A stretch of DNA of 64,000 bases from Vicinamibacteria bacterium. Lineage in GTDB: Bacteria; Acidobacteriota; Vicinamibacteria; Marinacidobacterales; Marinacidobacteraceae. Below, in pieces: positions 1-8,189 of this stretch. A program made the position numbers and the translations under genes. The notes beneath the pieces are model-generated. The model saw nothing but the letters and a program-made list of their open reading frames with translations. It was not told the DNA's origin and did not search any database. The stretch spans positions 2,016,001 through 2,080,000 of the forward strand of contig OZ241322.1 in NCBI GenBank assembly GCA_965199715.1. The letters run 5' to 3'. Position 1 is the stretch's first letter, and the number at the start of each line of letters is the position of its first letter.

Positions 1-983
1 TCCACGGTGGCCGGGAGACGCTGATCCCGGGCCGCACCTACGGCGACGCGCTCATCACGCAGGGCATCGTGGCTTCGGTGCCCCCGGGCCGCGGGCTTCC
101 GCCCGGCGAGCCGGCCCGCCGCTTCGCGCTCCGGCACCCGGTCCGTCCCCCGGACTGGAACGGGACGCTCGTGATCGGAGCGCACCGGGGACTCGGCGGC
201 ATCCGCCGGGGAGACGGCGGGGCCGATCTCGGGACCGGCGAGACCGAACTGGACGACCTGATCGGCTGGTGGGCGCTGGATCAGGGGTTCGCGTGGGCCA
301 GCATGGACCGCGCCGGACTCGGGGCCAGTCCCGACGGGCTGCGCCTGACCGAGGCGTTCGCCCGCCTCATGTTCGACCAGCTCTTCCCCCGGCTCACTCG
401 CGACCCCGACCGGACCATCCTCTTCGGGTACGCCGAGGGCGGGGGGATCGCCCGCTACGCCGCTTCCGCCGAGGAGGACACCTTCGACGGAGTCGTGCTC
501 GTCGCCGCGACGCTCGGGGATCCCGAGGCCGCCCGCACGCGCCGCGAGGCCCGCCAGCGCGCCGGCGACCGGTCCTCGCCAGAGTACGTGCGGGCGGTGG
601 GCATGGGGGCCGCGGGCCGGCGCTTCTGGCCCTGGCATGACGCCATCGCGGCGTTCCCCGAGGCGGCTCCGCCCGCCCCGCCCGCGGCGCTCATCCGTCC
701 GGCGATCGAAGTGGTGGGCACGCTCGACGATCTGGTGCTGCCCGAAGTCCTCGCGTGGCGGGATCGCGTGCAGGCCGAGGGAGCCGCCGAACTCCACGAG
801 TTGCGGATGGTCGAGGGCGCGTGGGCGATCGGCCCCGACGACGACGCGCTGGAGGAGACCCGCGCCAGCGCCGCGACCCTCGGCCTCGCCCCCGAGGACA
901 TCGCCGCGCTCGGGACAGGCGAGAGCCTCGCGCCTGCCTCGCGCCGGGCTCTCACGGACCTCGACGCTCGCCTCCGCAACTGA
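1..983 (+). CDS. Alpha/beta-hydrolase-like protein, 5'-partial (frame is open to the window start)
   Basis: WNGTLVIGAH, GFAWAS, GYAEGG (GxSxGG-like elbow lacking Ser), FDGVV, VGTLDDLV; no stop upstream of 69 in this frame. Confidence 0.55.
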   Translation, partial: HGGRETLIPGRTYGDALITQGIVASVPPGRGLPPGEPARRFALRHPVRPPDWNGTLVIGAHRGLGGIRRGDGGADLGTGETELDDLIGWWALDQGFAWASMDRAGLGASPDGLRLTEAFARLMFDQLFPRLTRDPDRTILFGYAEGGGIARYAASAEEDTFDGVVLVAATLGDPEAARTRREARQRAGDRSSPEYVRAVGMGAAGRRFWPWHDAIAAFPEAAPPAPPAALIRPAIEVVGTLDDLVLPEVLAWRDRVQAEGAAELHELRMVEGAWAIGPDDDALEETRASAATLGLAPEDIAALGTGESLAPASRRALTDLDARLRN

Positions 984-2486
984 GTGCGCTACGACTCCCG
1001 CCGAGCGCTTGAGCTGCTGAGGCGGGGAACGCGTCGGGCGGACGCTCAGTTTCGCCAAGGGCAAGAGGAAGCCATCCGGCACCTCGTGGAGGCGCCGCGC
1101 CGACTGCTGGTCGTGGAGAAGACGGGCTGGGGCAAGAGCTTCGTGTACTTCATCGCGACGAAGCTGTTGCGGGAAGCCGGACACGGCCCGACGCTCCTTG
1201 TGAGTCCCCTGCTCGCTCTGATGCGGAACCAGATCTCTGCCGCGGAGCGCATGGGAGTCCGGGCGTTGACGATCAACTCCACCAACGCGGATGACTGGGA
1301 ACGTGTGGAATCCGACGTACGCACCCATCAAGTGGACATCCTCCTGATTGCGCCAGAGCGACTTGCGAATCAGCGCTTCCGGGAGCAGGTGCTGGCGGCG
1401 GTCGCGGCGCAAGTCGCCATGCTGGTGATCGACGAGGCGCACTGCATCTCCGATTGGGGCCACGATTTCCGGCAGTTGCGTGCGGAGGCTCGGACCGAGA
1501 ATCTCGGCTCGCGCAGCGTTGGGGACGAACTGATCGAATGGACCGAGGCCGTGGGTCGGCTCGCGGCCGCGGCGAAGCGCCCCGTCATCTCCGGGGATGC
1601 CCGGGGCGTGGACCAAGCCGCGATGCGGGGCGCTTTGAACGCTGACGGCCCCGTGACGGGTGTGCTCCCGGCGGCGCTGGATCGCGCCGTCACCCGCCGG
1701 GCGTACCGGGACGCCCAGATGGACGGGCGGCTCCTGCTGATCTCTTCCGAGGATCCGGCGGCTCGCTTCGACGTCGGACGGGCCATGAAGCGCAACCGGT
1801 TCATCTACGCACTGGCGGATGCGGCGCTCGTCGTTCATGTCAAGCACGGTACGGGCGGAACGTGGGCTGGCGCTGACGAACACCTCAAGAGAGACTGCTT
1901 CGTCCCGGTCTTTGTGCGCCCCTCCGGAGAGAGGAGCGACGGCTCGGCCGCGCTCATGGAACGCGGGGCGTATGCGTGGCCGGCCCCCGGAACCCCGGCC
2001 GATCTCAACGCGCTCCTGAATGAGCCGCCGGCCGCGAAGATGCATACGGAACCAGCGGCCGTCGCCGAAGCCTCGAGCCGCTACGACTGCGATGGTCGGG
2101 CGGAGCCGTCCGACGAGCTGTTCGCCAAGGTCCGCGAGCTGCTTCTCGGGATTCTGGTGGAACCACGTACGGGCGATGAGGCCGCCCGTGCGCTGAACGT
2201 AGAGCGGATCCAGGCCCGTACGTGGCTCAGGCGTTTGGAAGGGGAAGGCGCGGCCGCGCTTCACTCCAAGGGGCCGAACCGGTATCGGGCGACGGGCGCG
2301 CCACCCGATTCGTCCGGCTCCGACGATCCCGCGGCCGATCTGCGCGCCGTCGCCATCGGACTGGTTCGACGCCTTCAGAGCCAATCGCTCCCGGCTCGGA
2401 AAATGGCGAAAGCCCTCGCAGTTCAGGAAAAGCAGGCAGCGGCTTGGCGCAAGGATGCGAGCGGCGGCGAGCGCAGGTTGCTCTGA
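984..2486 (+). CDS. Chimeric RecQ helicase N-terminal domain fused to DprA/Smf-like (SLOG) domain with two C-terminal HTH-like segments
   Basis: RecQ motifs FRQGQ, KTGWGKS, VSPLLALMRNQ, DEAHCISDWGHDFR; then DprA motifs GSR, SGDARGVD, RNRFIYALADA, GGTWAGA. Confidence 0.85.
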   Translation: MRYDSRRALELLRRGTRRADAQFRQGQEEAIRHLVEAPRRLLVVEKTGWGKSFVYFIATKLLREAGHGPTLLVSPLLALMRNQISAAERMGVRALTINSTNADDWERVESDVRTHQVDILLIAPERLANQRFREQVLAAVAAQVAMLVIDEAHCISDWGHDFRQLRAEARTENLGSRSVGDELIEWTEAVGRLAAAAKRPVISGDARGVDQAAMRGALNADGPVTGVLPAALDRAVTRRAYRDAQMDGRLLLISSEDPAARFDVGRAMKRNRFIYALADAALVVHVKHGTGGTWAGADEHLKRDCFVPVFVRPSGERSDGSAALMERGAYAWPAPGTPADLNALLNEPPAAKMHTEPAAVAEASSRYDCDGRAEPSDELFAKVRELLLGILVEPRTGDEAARALNVERIQARTWLRRLEGEGAAALHSKGPNRYRATGAPPDSSGSDDPAADLRAVAIGLVRRLQSQSLPARKMAKALAVQEKQAAAWRKDASGGERRLL

Positions 2487-2490
2487 GCGC

Positions 2491-3723
2491 ATGGATCCCT
2501 CGCTCCGTCCGGCCCGGGCGCTCCTCGTACTCCTCGGCGGGGCGGTTTTGGGTTCGATCGCCTACCTCCTCGTCATCATCTCGATTCCGGTCGTGTCCGC
2601 CCGGTACCTTGGGGATTCGGCGTGGATCGGGGGGCCCAACGCGCTGCTCATCTTCGGGATCGCGGCGGGCGCGCCGGCGCTCTCGGCGCTCATCCCGCGC
2701 ATCGGCAGGCCGCGCACGCTCGCGACCGGATTCGCGCTCGCGTCGCTCGGGGCGCTGCTCTCGTCGTTCGCCGCCTCGAGGAACGACTCCTTCGCGCTTT
2801 ACCTCGCCGCCACGCTCATGGTGGGCGGAGGCCATGCGGCGTACCACCTGACCCGCTACGCGGCGGCGTTGCTCGTTCCGCCGAACCGGAGCGGCCGCGC
2901 CATCGGACTCGTCATCTGGGTCGCGATCGGCGGCAGCTTCGGGGCTCCGACGATCTTCGGCCTCGTCGAGGGCCTTCTCCCGCCGGGCAGCCCGTACGCC
3001 ATCCCGGTCGTGTACCTCGTATCGGGAACGCTGTTCGCGGCCGCCAGCGCGGTGGTCTTCCGCAGCCGCGCGCTCAAGGCGCAACGCTCGCTGCGCCGCG
3101 TCCGAAAGCGCCCGGCCGCGGCCGCGGCCGCCGTCGGCCCGGAGGAGGAGCCGCGCCGCTACCGGCTCGCGATCCTCGCGCTCGTCGCCGCGCAGGCGGC
3201 CATGATCCTGCTCATGAGCATGACCCCGCTGCACGTCGTCGAGACCGGGGGCTCGCTCACCGGCCTCGGCGCGGTCATGGGCGGGCACACCCTCGGCATG
3301 TTCCTGCTCTCGCCGCTCGTCGGAATCCTCTGCGACCGCTTCACCGAGCGCCCGGTGATCGCGCTCGGCGGCCTTGTCCTCATCGGGGCCGGTCTTCTCG
3401 CCGCCGTCGCCCCCGACGTGGGATGGCTGCTCGGGGTCTCCCTGTTCTTGCTCGGGCTGGGGTGGTGCCTCGCCTTCGTCGCGGCGAGCGCTCTCCTTTC
3501 GGAAGGGCGCGACCCGGCGCGAAAGCTCCGCCGGCAGGCGATCGCCGAGACTCTCAACTGGAGCACCGCCGGAGTCGCGAGCATCGCCGCCGGCGTGCTC
3601 ATGACCGGCTTCGACTACGTCACCCTCTCGCTCGTTTGCGCCGGGGTGGGAGCGGTCTCGCTGGTTTCGACGTTCGGGATCCCGCGGGAGGATCTGTCAG
3701 GCAGCCGCCACGCTCACAAGTAG
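2491..3723 (+). CDS. MFS transporter
   Basis: About 12 hydrophobic segments; HTLGMFLLSPLVGILCDRF motif; ATG at 2491. Confidence 0.85.
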   Translation: MDPSLRPARALLVLLGGAVLGSIAYLLVIISIPVVSARYLGDSAWIGGPNALLIFGIAAGAPALSALIPRIGRPRTLATGFALASLGALLSSFAASRNDSFALYLAATLMVGGGHAAYHLTRYAAALLVPPNRSGRAIGLVIWVAIGGSFGAPTIFGLVEGLLPPGSPYAIPVVYLVSGTLFAAASAVVFRSRALKAQRSLRRVRKRPAAAAAAVGPEEEPRRYRLAILALVAAQAAMILLMSMTPLHVVETGGSLTGLGAVMGGHTLGMFLLSPLVGILCDRFTERPVIALGGLVLIGAGLLAAVAPDVGWLLGVSLFLLGLGWCLAFVAASALLSEGRDPARKLRRQAIAETLNWSTAGVASIAAGVLMTGFDYVTLSLVCAGVGAVSLVSTFGIPREDLSGSRHAHK

Positions 3724-4226
3724 CGCCGTTCCAGCACCGTCCGGTGGTGGGCGGCGTGGCCCACGAGGAAATAGCAGATCGCCCGGACGGTGGACTGCGC
3801 TCCGCTGGCGGTCCCTCGCCGCCCGAGCTGCCCGGGATCGAGCGACCGCATCAAACTCACCGAAGCGCCCCGGACGAGCGCGAGCTCCTCCATCAGCGAC
3901 CGGAGCGACCGCTCGCCGTGCCGCGCCGCGCCCGCCCATTCGTCCTGATCCATCCCGGGCAGCGCCGCACCGTCGCCCCGGGCGAAGCTCAGCGCCCGGT
4001 AGGCCATGACCCGCTCGGTGTCGGTGATGTGTCCGACGACCTCGCGAATGGACCACTTCCCCGGCGCGTAGGCCCGCTTGGAGTCGGCTTCCGACAGTCC
4101 CGCGAGCAAGCCGGAGAGCCGGTCCATCTCGGCGAGCGCCGCTTCGGGAAGCGGCCCGTCGGGTACGAGCCGGGCGGCCCCGACGTAATACGGAGGGCAC
4201 TCGCCGGGCTGCGGCTTCGTCCACAT
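3714..4226 (-). CDS. DinB family protein
   Basis: YAPGKWSIREVVGHITDTERV and GHAAHH motifs. Confidence 0.9.
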   Translation of the reverse strand: MWTKPQPGECPPYYVGAARLVPDGPLPEAALAEMDRLSGLLAGLSEADSKRAYAPGKWSIREVVGHITDTERVMAYRALSFARGDGAALPGMDQDEWAGAARHGERSLRSLMEELALVRGASVSLMRSLDPGQLGRRGTASGAQSTVRAICYFLVGHAAHHRTVLERRYL

Positions 4227-4260
4227 GGCCGGCATGCTAGCCGGTAGTATCGCGGGCCTC

Positions 4261-4728
4261 ATGCGCACCTGTCTCGTCCTCGTCGTCTTCTCGCTCGCCT
4301 GCGGCGGTCCCCCGCCGGAGCCCGAGGAGATCGTCGTCGCCCAGCCAGTCGAGAAGACCCGTCTGAGCGGCCGGATTCCGCCGGTCGGCCCCTACTCGGC
4401 CGGCGTGGACGTGGGAGACACGGTCTTCCTCGCCGGTCAGATCGCGCTCAACCATGAGGGCGGCGGCCTCGTCGAGGGCGGGATCGCCGAGCAGACCCAC
4501 CAGGTCATGCAGAACCTGCAGGCGGTGCTGGAGGAGGCCGGACTGGGCTTCGCGGACGTCGTCCGGTCGGGCGTGTTCCTCGCGGACGTGAACGATTTCG
4601 CGGCGATGAACGAGGTGTACGCCTCGTACTTCCCCGAGGGCGCGATCCCGCCCGTGCGCACCACCGTCGCGGTCGCGGACATCCCGCTCGGGGCGCTCGT
4701 CGAGATCGACATGATCGCGGTGCGCTGA
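4261..4728 (+). CDS. RidA/YjgF family imine deaminase with lipoprotein signal peptide
   Basis: PVGPYS, AGQI, FAAMNEVY, PVRTTV (catalytic Arg), LVEIDMIA; N-terminus MRTCLVLVVFSLA-C. Confidence 0.9.
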   Translation: MRTCLVLVVFSLACGGPPPEPEEIVVAQPVEKTRLSGRIPPVGPYSAGVDVGDTVFLAGQIALNHEGGGLVEGGIAEQTHQVMQNLQAVLEEAGLGFADVVRSGVFLADVNDFAAMNEVYASYFPEGAIPPVRTTVAVADIPLGALVEIDMIAVR

Positions 4729-4741
4729 CCCGCCACCGGCC

Positions 4742-6031
4742 GTGACCGGCAGGCGCGCCGGGCTCTCGCTCGGGACCGCGGCCATGTTCGTGGTCGCGAA
4801 CATGATCGGGACCGGGGTGTTCACGAGCCTCGGATTCCAGGTCGCGGCGGTGCCTTCCGCGGTCCCGGCGCTGCTGCTGTGGGTCGTGGGCGGCCTCGTC
4901 GCGCTCTCGGGGGCGCTCGTGTACGGCGAGATGGGGGCGGCGATGCCCCGGTCCGGAGGCGAGTACGCGCTGCTGCGCCGGACGTTCCATCCGGCGATCG
5001 GGTTCGCCGCCGGGTGCCTCTCCGCGACCATGGGGTTCGCGGCCCCGACCGCGCTCGCCGCGGTCGCGATGGCCACCTATCTGAAGCCGCTCGTCCCGGC
5101 GCTCCCGGTCGCGCACGCAGCGGCCGCCGCCGTCCTCCTCTTCACCGCGGTCCACTCGCTGCGGGTCCGTTTCGGCAGCGGGGTCAACAACCTGCTGACC
5201 GCGCTCAAGATCGCACTGGTGGCCGCGTTCTGCGCGATGGGCCTCCTCGCGCACGGCGGCGGCCCGGCGAACGCCTTCGATTCGCCGGACCTCGGGCTGC
5301 TCGCGACTCCCGGCTTCGCGGTCTCGCTGGTCTATGTGTCCTACGCTTACACCGGCTGGAACGCCGCCGTGTACATCGTCGGCGACATGGAGCGCCCCGA
5401 ACGGCTGGCGCGGGCGCTGTTTTCGGGCACGCTGCTCGTGACCGTCCTCTACCTGCTCGTGAACCTCGTCATCCTGCGGGCGGTTCCCATTGAGGATCTT
5501 GCGGGCCGGATCGAGGTCGGCTACCTCGCCGCCGACCGGATTCTCGGCCCCGCCGCCGGGCGCGCCATGTCGGGAGTGCTCGCGCTCGTCCTCGCCTCCA
5601 CCGTGAGCGCCATGGTCTTCCTCGGCCCGCGGGTGGTCCGGGCGATGGGGGAGGACGAGGCCTTCCTCCGCCCGCTCGGCGCGGTCGGCAAGAACGGCGC
5701 CCCGCACCGGGCGCTCGCGTTCCAGTGCGGCGTCACGCTCCTGCTGATCTACACCGGAACCTTCGAGCAGATCCTGCTGTACGCCGGGTTCTCGCTGGGG
5801 CTATGCACCGCCGCCACGGTCGCCGGCGTCGTCGTGCTGCGGCGCGGTCGCGTGGAGGGCGCGATCCCGGGCCGCTTCCGGGCCCCGTTCCATCCGTGGA
5901 TTCCCGGCTTCTTCCTCCTCGCGACCGCGTGGACGCTCGGCTACACGCTGCTGGAGCGCCCGATCGAGTCCGCCCTCGGGCTTCTGACCGCGGGCGCGGG
6001 CGTGCTGCTCTACCGCCTGGCCCGGGCGTAG
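4742..6031 (+). CDS. APC family amino acid permease
   Basis: NMIGTGVF, PRSGGEY, YAYTGWN motifs; multiple TM helices. Confidence 0.92.
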   Translation: MTGRRAGLSLGTAAMFVVANMIGTGVFTSLGFQVAAVPSAVPALLLWVVGGLVALSGALVYGEMGAAMPRSGGEYALLRRTFHPAIGFAAGCLSATMGFAAPTALAAVAMATYLKPLVPALPVAHAAAAAVLLFTAVHSLRVRFGSGVNNLLTALKIALVAAFCAMGLLAHGGGPANAFDSPDLGLLATPGFAVSLVYVSYAYTGWNAAVYIVGDMERPERLARALFSGTLLVTVLYLLVNLVILRAVPIEDLAGRIEVGYLAADRILGPAAGRAMSGVLALVLASTVSAMVFLGPRVVRAMGEDEAFLRPLGAVGKNGAPHRALAFQCGVTLLLIYTGTFEQILLYAGFSLGLCTAATVAGVVVLRRGRVEGAIPGRFRAPFHPWIPGFFLLATAWTLGYTLLERPIESALGLLTAGAGVLLYRLARA

Positions 6032-6064
6032 GGGCCTTCCGGGCGCCGCCCGGTCGCGCGACGG

Positions 6065-6790
6065 CTACAGGCGGCGCCGCGGGTTCGCCATCGTCCTCCA
6101 CATGTGCGCGGTCGGGCTGTTGTCGTTGCCCAGGCCTTCCTTCGGCTGGCGGAAGTGCCGGCCGATCACGTCCGTGAACGGCTCGATGGAGACCTCGGCG
6201 TCGCGCTCGAAGCTGTAGTCGTCGTGGAGCGTGATCGACCGCGCCTCCATGTACCACTTGTGGTTGCGCGCGTAGTCGTGCGCCGCCTTGATGTAGGGCT
6301 CGGGTTCGTGGTCCGCGCCGAACATCCGGACGTACATCTCCGGGTACTCGTATCCGACCGACGGGTCGGGGAAGAACCGGAGCGCCTGGTGGTGCCGGAT
6401 GGCCCACGCGACCTTCTCGGGCACGTAGGGCTCGATCATCTGCGCGCACCACCAGCCGTGGTCCGCCCGCACGAGGTTCGTCACCGAGATGTCGTGCAGC
6501 AGGCAGGCGAGGACGATCTCCTCGCTCATCCCGAACTTCATCGCCCGGGTCGCGCTCTGGAGCACGTGCGAGGCCGGGGCGAAGCGATGCTCGAAGAAGT
6601 CGAGGAGCGTCGGCTTCTCCGGCATCGGGGAGAGCGCGTCCTCGCCGTCCGCCTTCGCGAGCGGCGGCCGCTCGGGCGCGTCCAGCAGGTGGATCATCTC
6701 GTGCTCGAGCGCCTCGGCCCGGTCGTTCACGCCCACGACGCCGGCCGCGCTCACCGCTGCGGAAGCCTTCAGAAAAAGTCTGCGATCCAT
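6065..6790 (-). CDS. Tat-exported HD-domain metalloprotein (PhnZ/TmpB-like ligand pattern)
   Basis: MDRRLFLK Tat signal; HVLQSATRA, LLHD, DHG, RHH, HDD; GGAGG RBS. Confidence 0.75.
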   Translation of the reverse strand: MDRRLFLKASAAVSAAGVVGVNDRAEALEHEMIHLLDAPERPPLAKADGEDALSPMPEKPTLLDFFEHRFAPASHVLQSATRAMKFGMSEEIVLACLLHDISVTNLVRADHGWWCAQMIEPYVPEKVAWAIRHHQALRFFPDPSVGYEYPEMYVRMFGADHEPEPYIKAAHDYARNHKWYMEARSITLHDDYSFERDAEVSIEPFTDVIGRHFRQPKEGLGNDNSPTAHMWRTMANPRRRL

Positions 6791-6825
6791 GGATCCGCCC
6801 TCCTGGCTGCGGGCTAGTATAGGGA

Positions 6826-7913
6826 ATCCCCGCGACGCCGTCCCGCCGCGCCCTCCTCGCCGCGGGCTGCGCCGTCCGTCCCGCGCCGCCGGCGCGCCCC
6901 GAGCCGACCTTCCGCCTCCCGCCCGTGGACGTCTCGCCCGACCGGGTGATCCGCACCGTCGTGGGGCTGCGGCCCTACCGCCCGTCGGGGTTCCGGGTGG
7001 AGCGCGAGGAGCTCGGCGGCGGCCGGATTCTGGTCCACAACTACGGGCACGGCGGCGGCGGGGTCAGCCTCTCGTGGGGCACCGCCTGGCTCGCCGTGGA
7101 GGAGCTGCTGGAGGGCGGGCCGCCGCCGGCGCGGGCGGCGGTGATCGGCTGCGGGGCCGTGGGGCTCGCCACCGCCCGCCTGCTGCAGCAGCGGGGCGTC
7201 GCGACGACCATCTACGCGAAGGACCCGCCGCCCCGGACCACCTCGAACGTGGCGTGCGCCCAGTGGGGGCCGTACTCGGTCTCGGACGCGCGGGTCCACA
7301 CGCCGGAGTACGTCGCCCGGCCCGCATTTCGCAGCGCATGTTCCAGGACCTCGTGGGAAGCCGTTATGGGGTCTCGTGGCTGCCCAATTACGCGCTGAGC
7401 GAGATCCCGTTCGGCGAATCCCCGCGCCCCGACCCGCTGGCCGACCTCTTCCCCGGATCGCGGCCGCACCCGCCCGGCGCCCATCCGTTCCCCATCCGCC
7501 ACGCCCGCGAGTTCATGACGATGATGATCGAGCCGCCGGCGTACCTCGGCGCGGTGATGCAGGACTTCCAGCTCGCCGGAGGCCGGATCCGCACCCGCGA
7601 GTTCCGCTCGCTCGACGACATCGCCGCGCTTCCCGAGCGCCGCGTCGTGAGCTGCACCGGAATCGGCGCCCGGGACCTCGTCGGCGACGAGGAGATCGTT
7701 CCGGTGAAGGGCCAGCTCACGGTCCTGCTGCCGCAACCCGAGATCCGCTACGTCGCGCTCATCCAGGGGTTGTGCATGACGCCGAGGGCGGACGGAATCC
7801 TCCTCGGGGGGACCCGGGAGCCCGGCGAGTGGTCGCTCGAGCCGAATCGGGAGGCGGAGGAGCGAATCCTCAAGGGTCACGGGGATTTCTTCGCCCGGAT
7901 GGCGAAGCTCTGA
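6826..7913 (+). pseudogene. Circularly permuted FAD-dependent D-amino acid oxidase, frameshifted near 7320
   Basis: First frame: GLRPYR, HNYGHGGGG, VIGCGAVGLATA, TTSNVA; second frame: VSCTGIGAR, PVKGQ, PRADGILLGGT. Confidence 0.85.
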
Positions 7914-8067
7914 TCCGGGTCGCTCCGCTCTCCGGCCTACCGGATTCCGAATCCGAATCGTTGGTGGATTCGCCCCCAAAGCGGCTTGCTTCAGATGTAG
8001 AATCAGTTGACTGAAAATGACTTGTGCTTGACATCCGGGGGTGGTCCGCTGCTTGCTCCCCAAGCGA

Positions 8068-8097
8068 TTGACGTGGAGCGCCGCCAACGGATACCAT
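8068..8097 (+). promoter_or_regulatory. Candidate sigma70 promoter of the TonB-dependent receptor gene
   Basis: TTGACG-N18-TACCAT in an AT-richer intergenic region; AGGAGG RBS before 8190. Confidence 0.5.
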
Positions 8098-8189
8098 TCC
8101 GCTTGAAATCCGTGCGAACTCTCTTTGCGTTCGTGTCGGAGTCGCGTCCCGGGGCGCCGACTGTTACCTCACCGATCTAGGAGGGATTC

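Noticed and set aside
980-2490. CTGAG(T)GCGC-like sequence at both ends of the RecQ-DprA gene as a target duplication
   Set aside because: Short, imperfect and GC-rich; compatible with chance around two TGA stops.
7914-8189. Cobalamin or TPP riboswitch before the TonB-dependent receptor
   Set aside because: Hallmark motifs (GGGAA...GCCACTG, CTGAGA) were not found.
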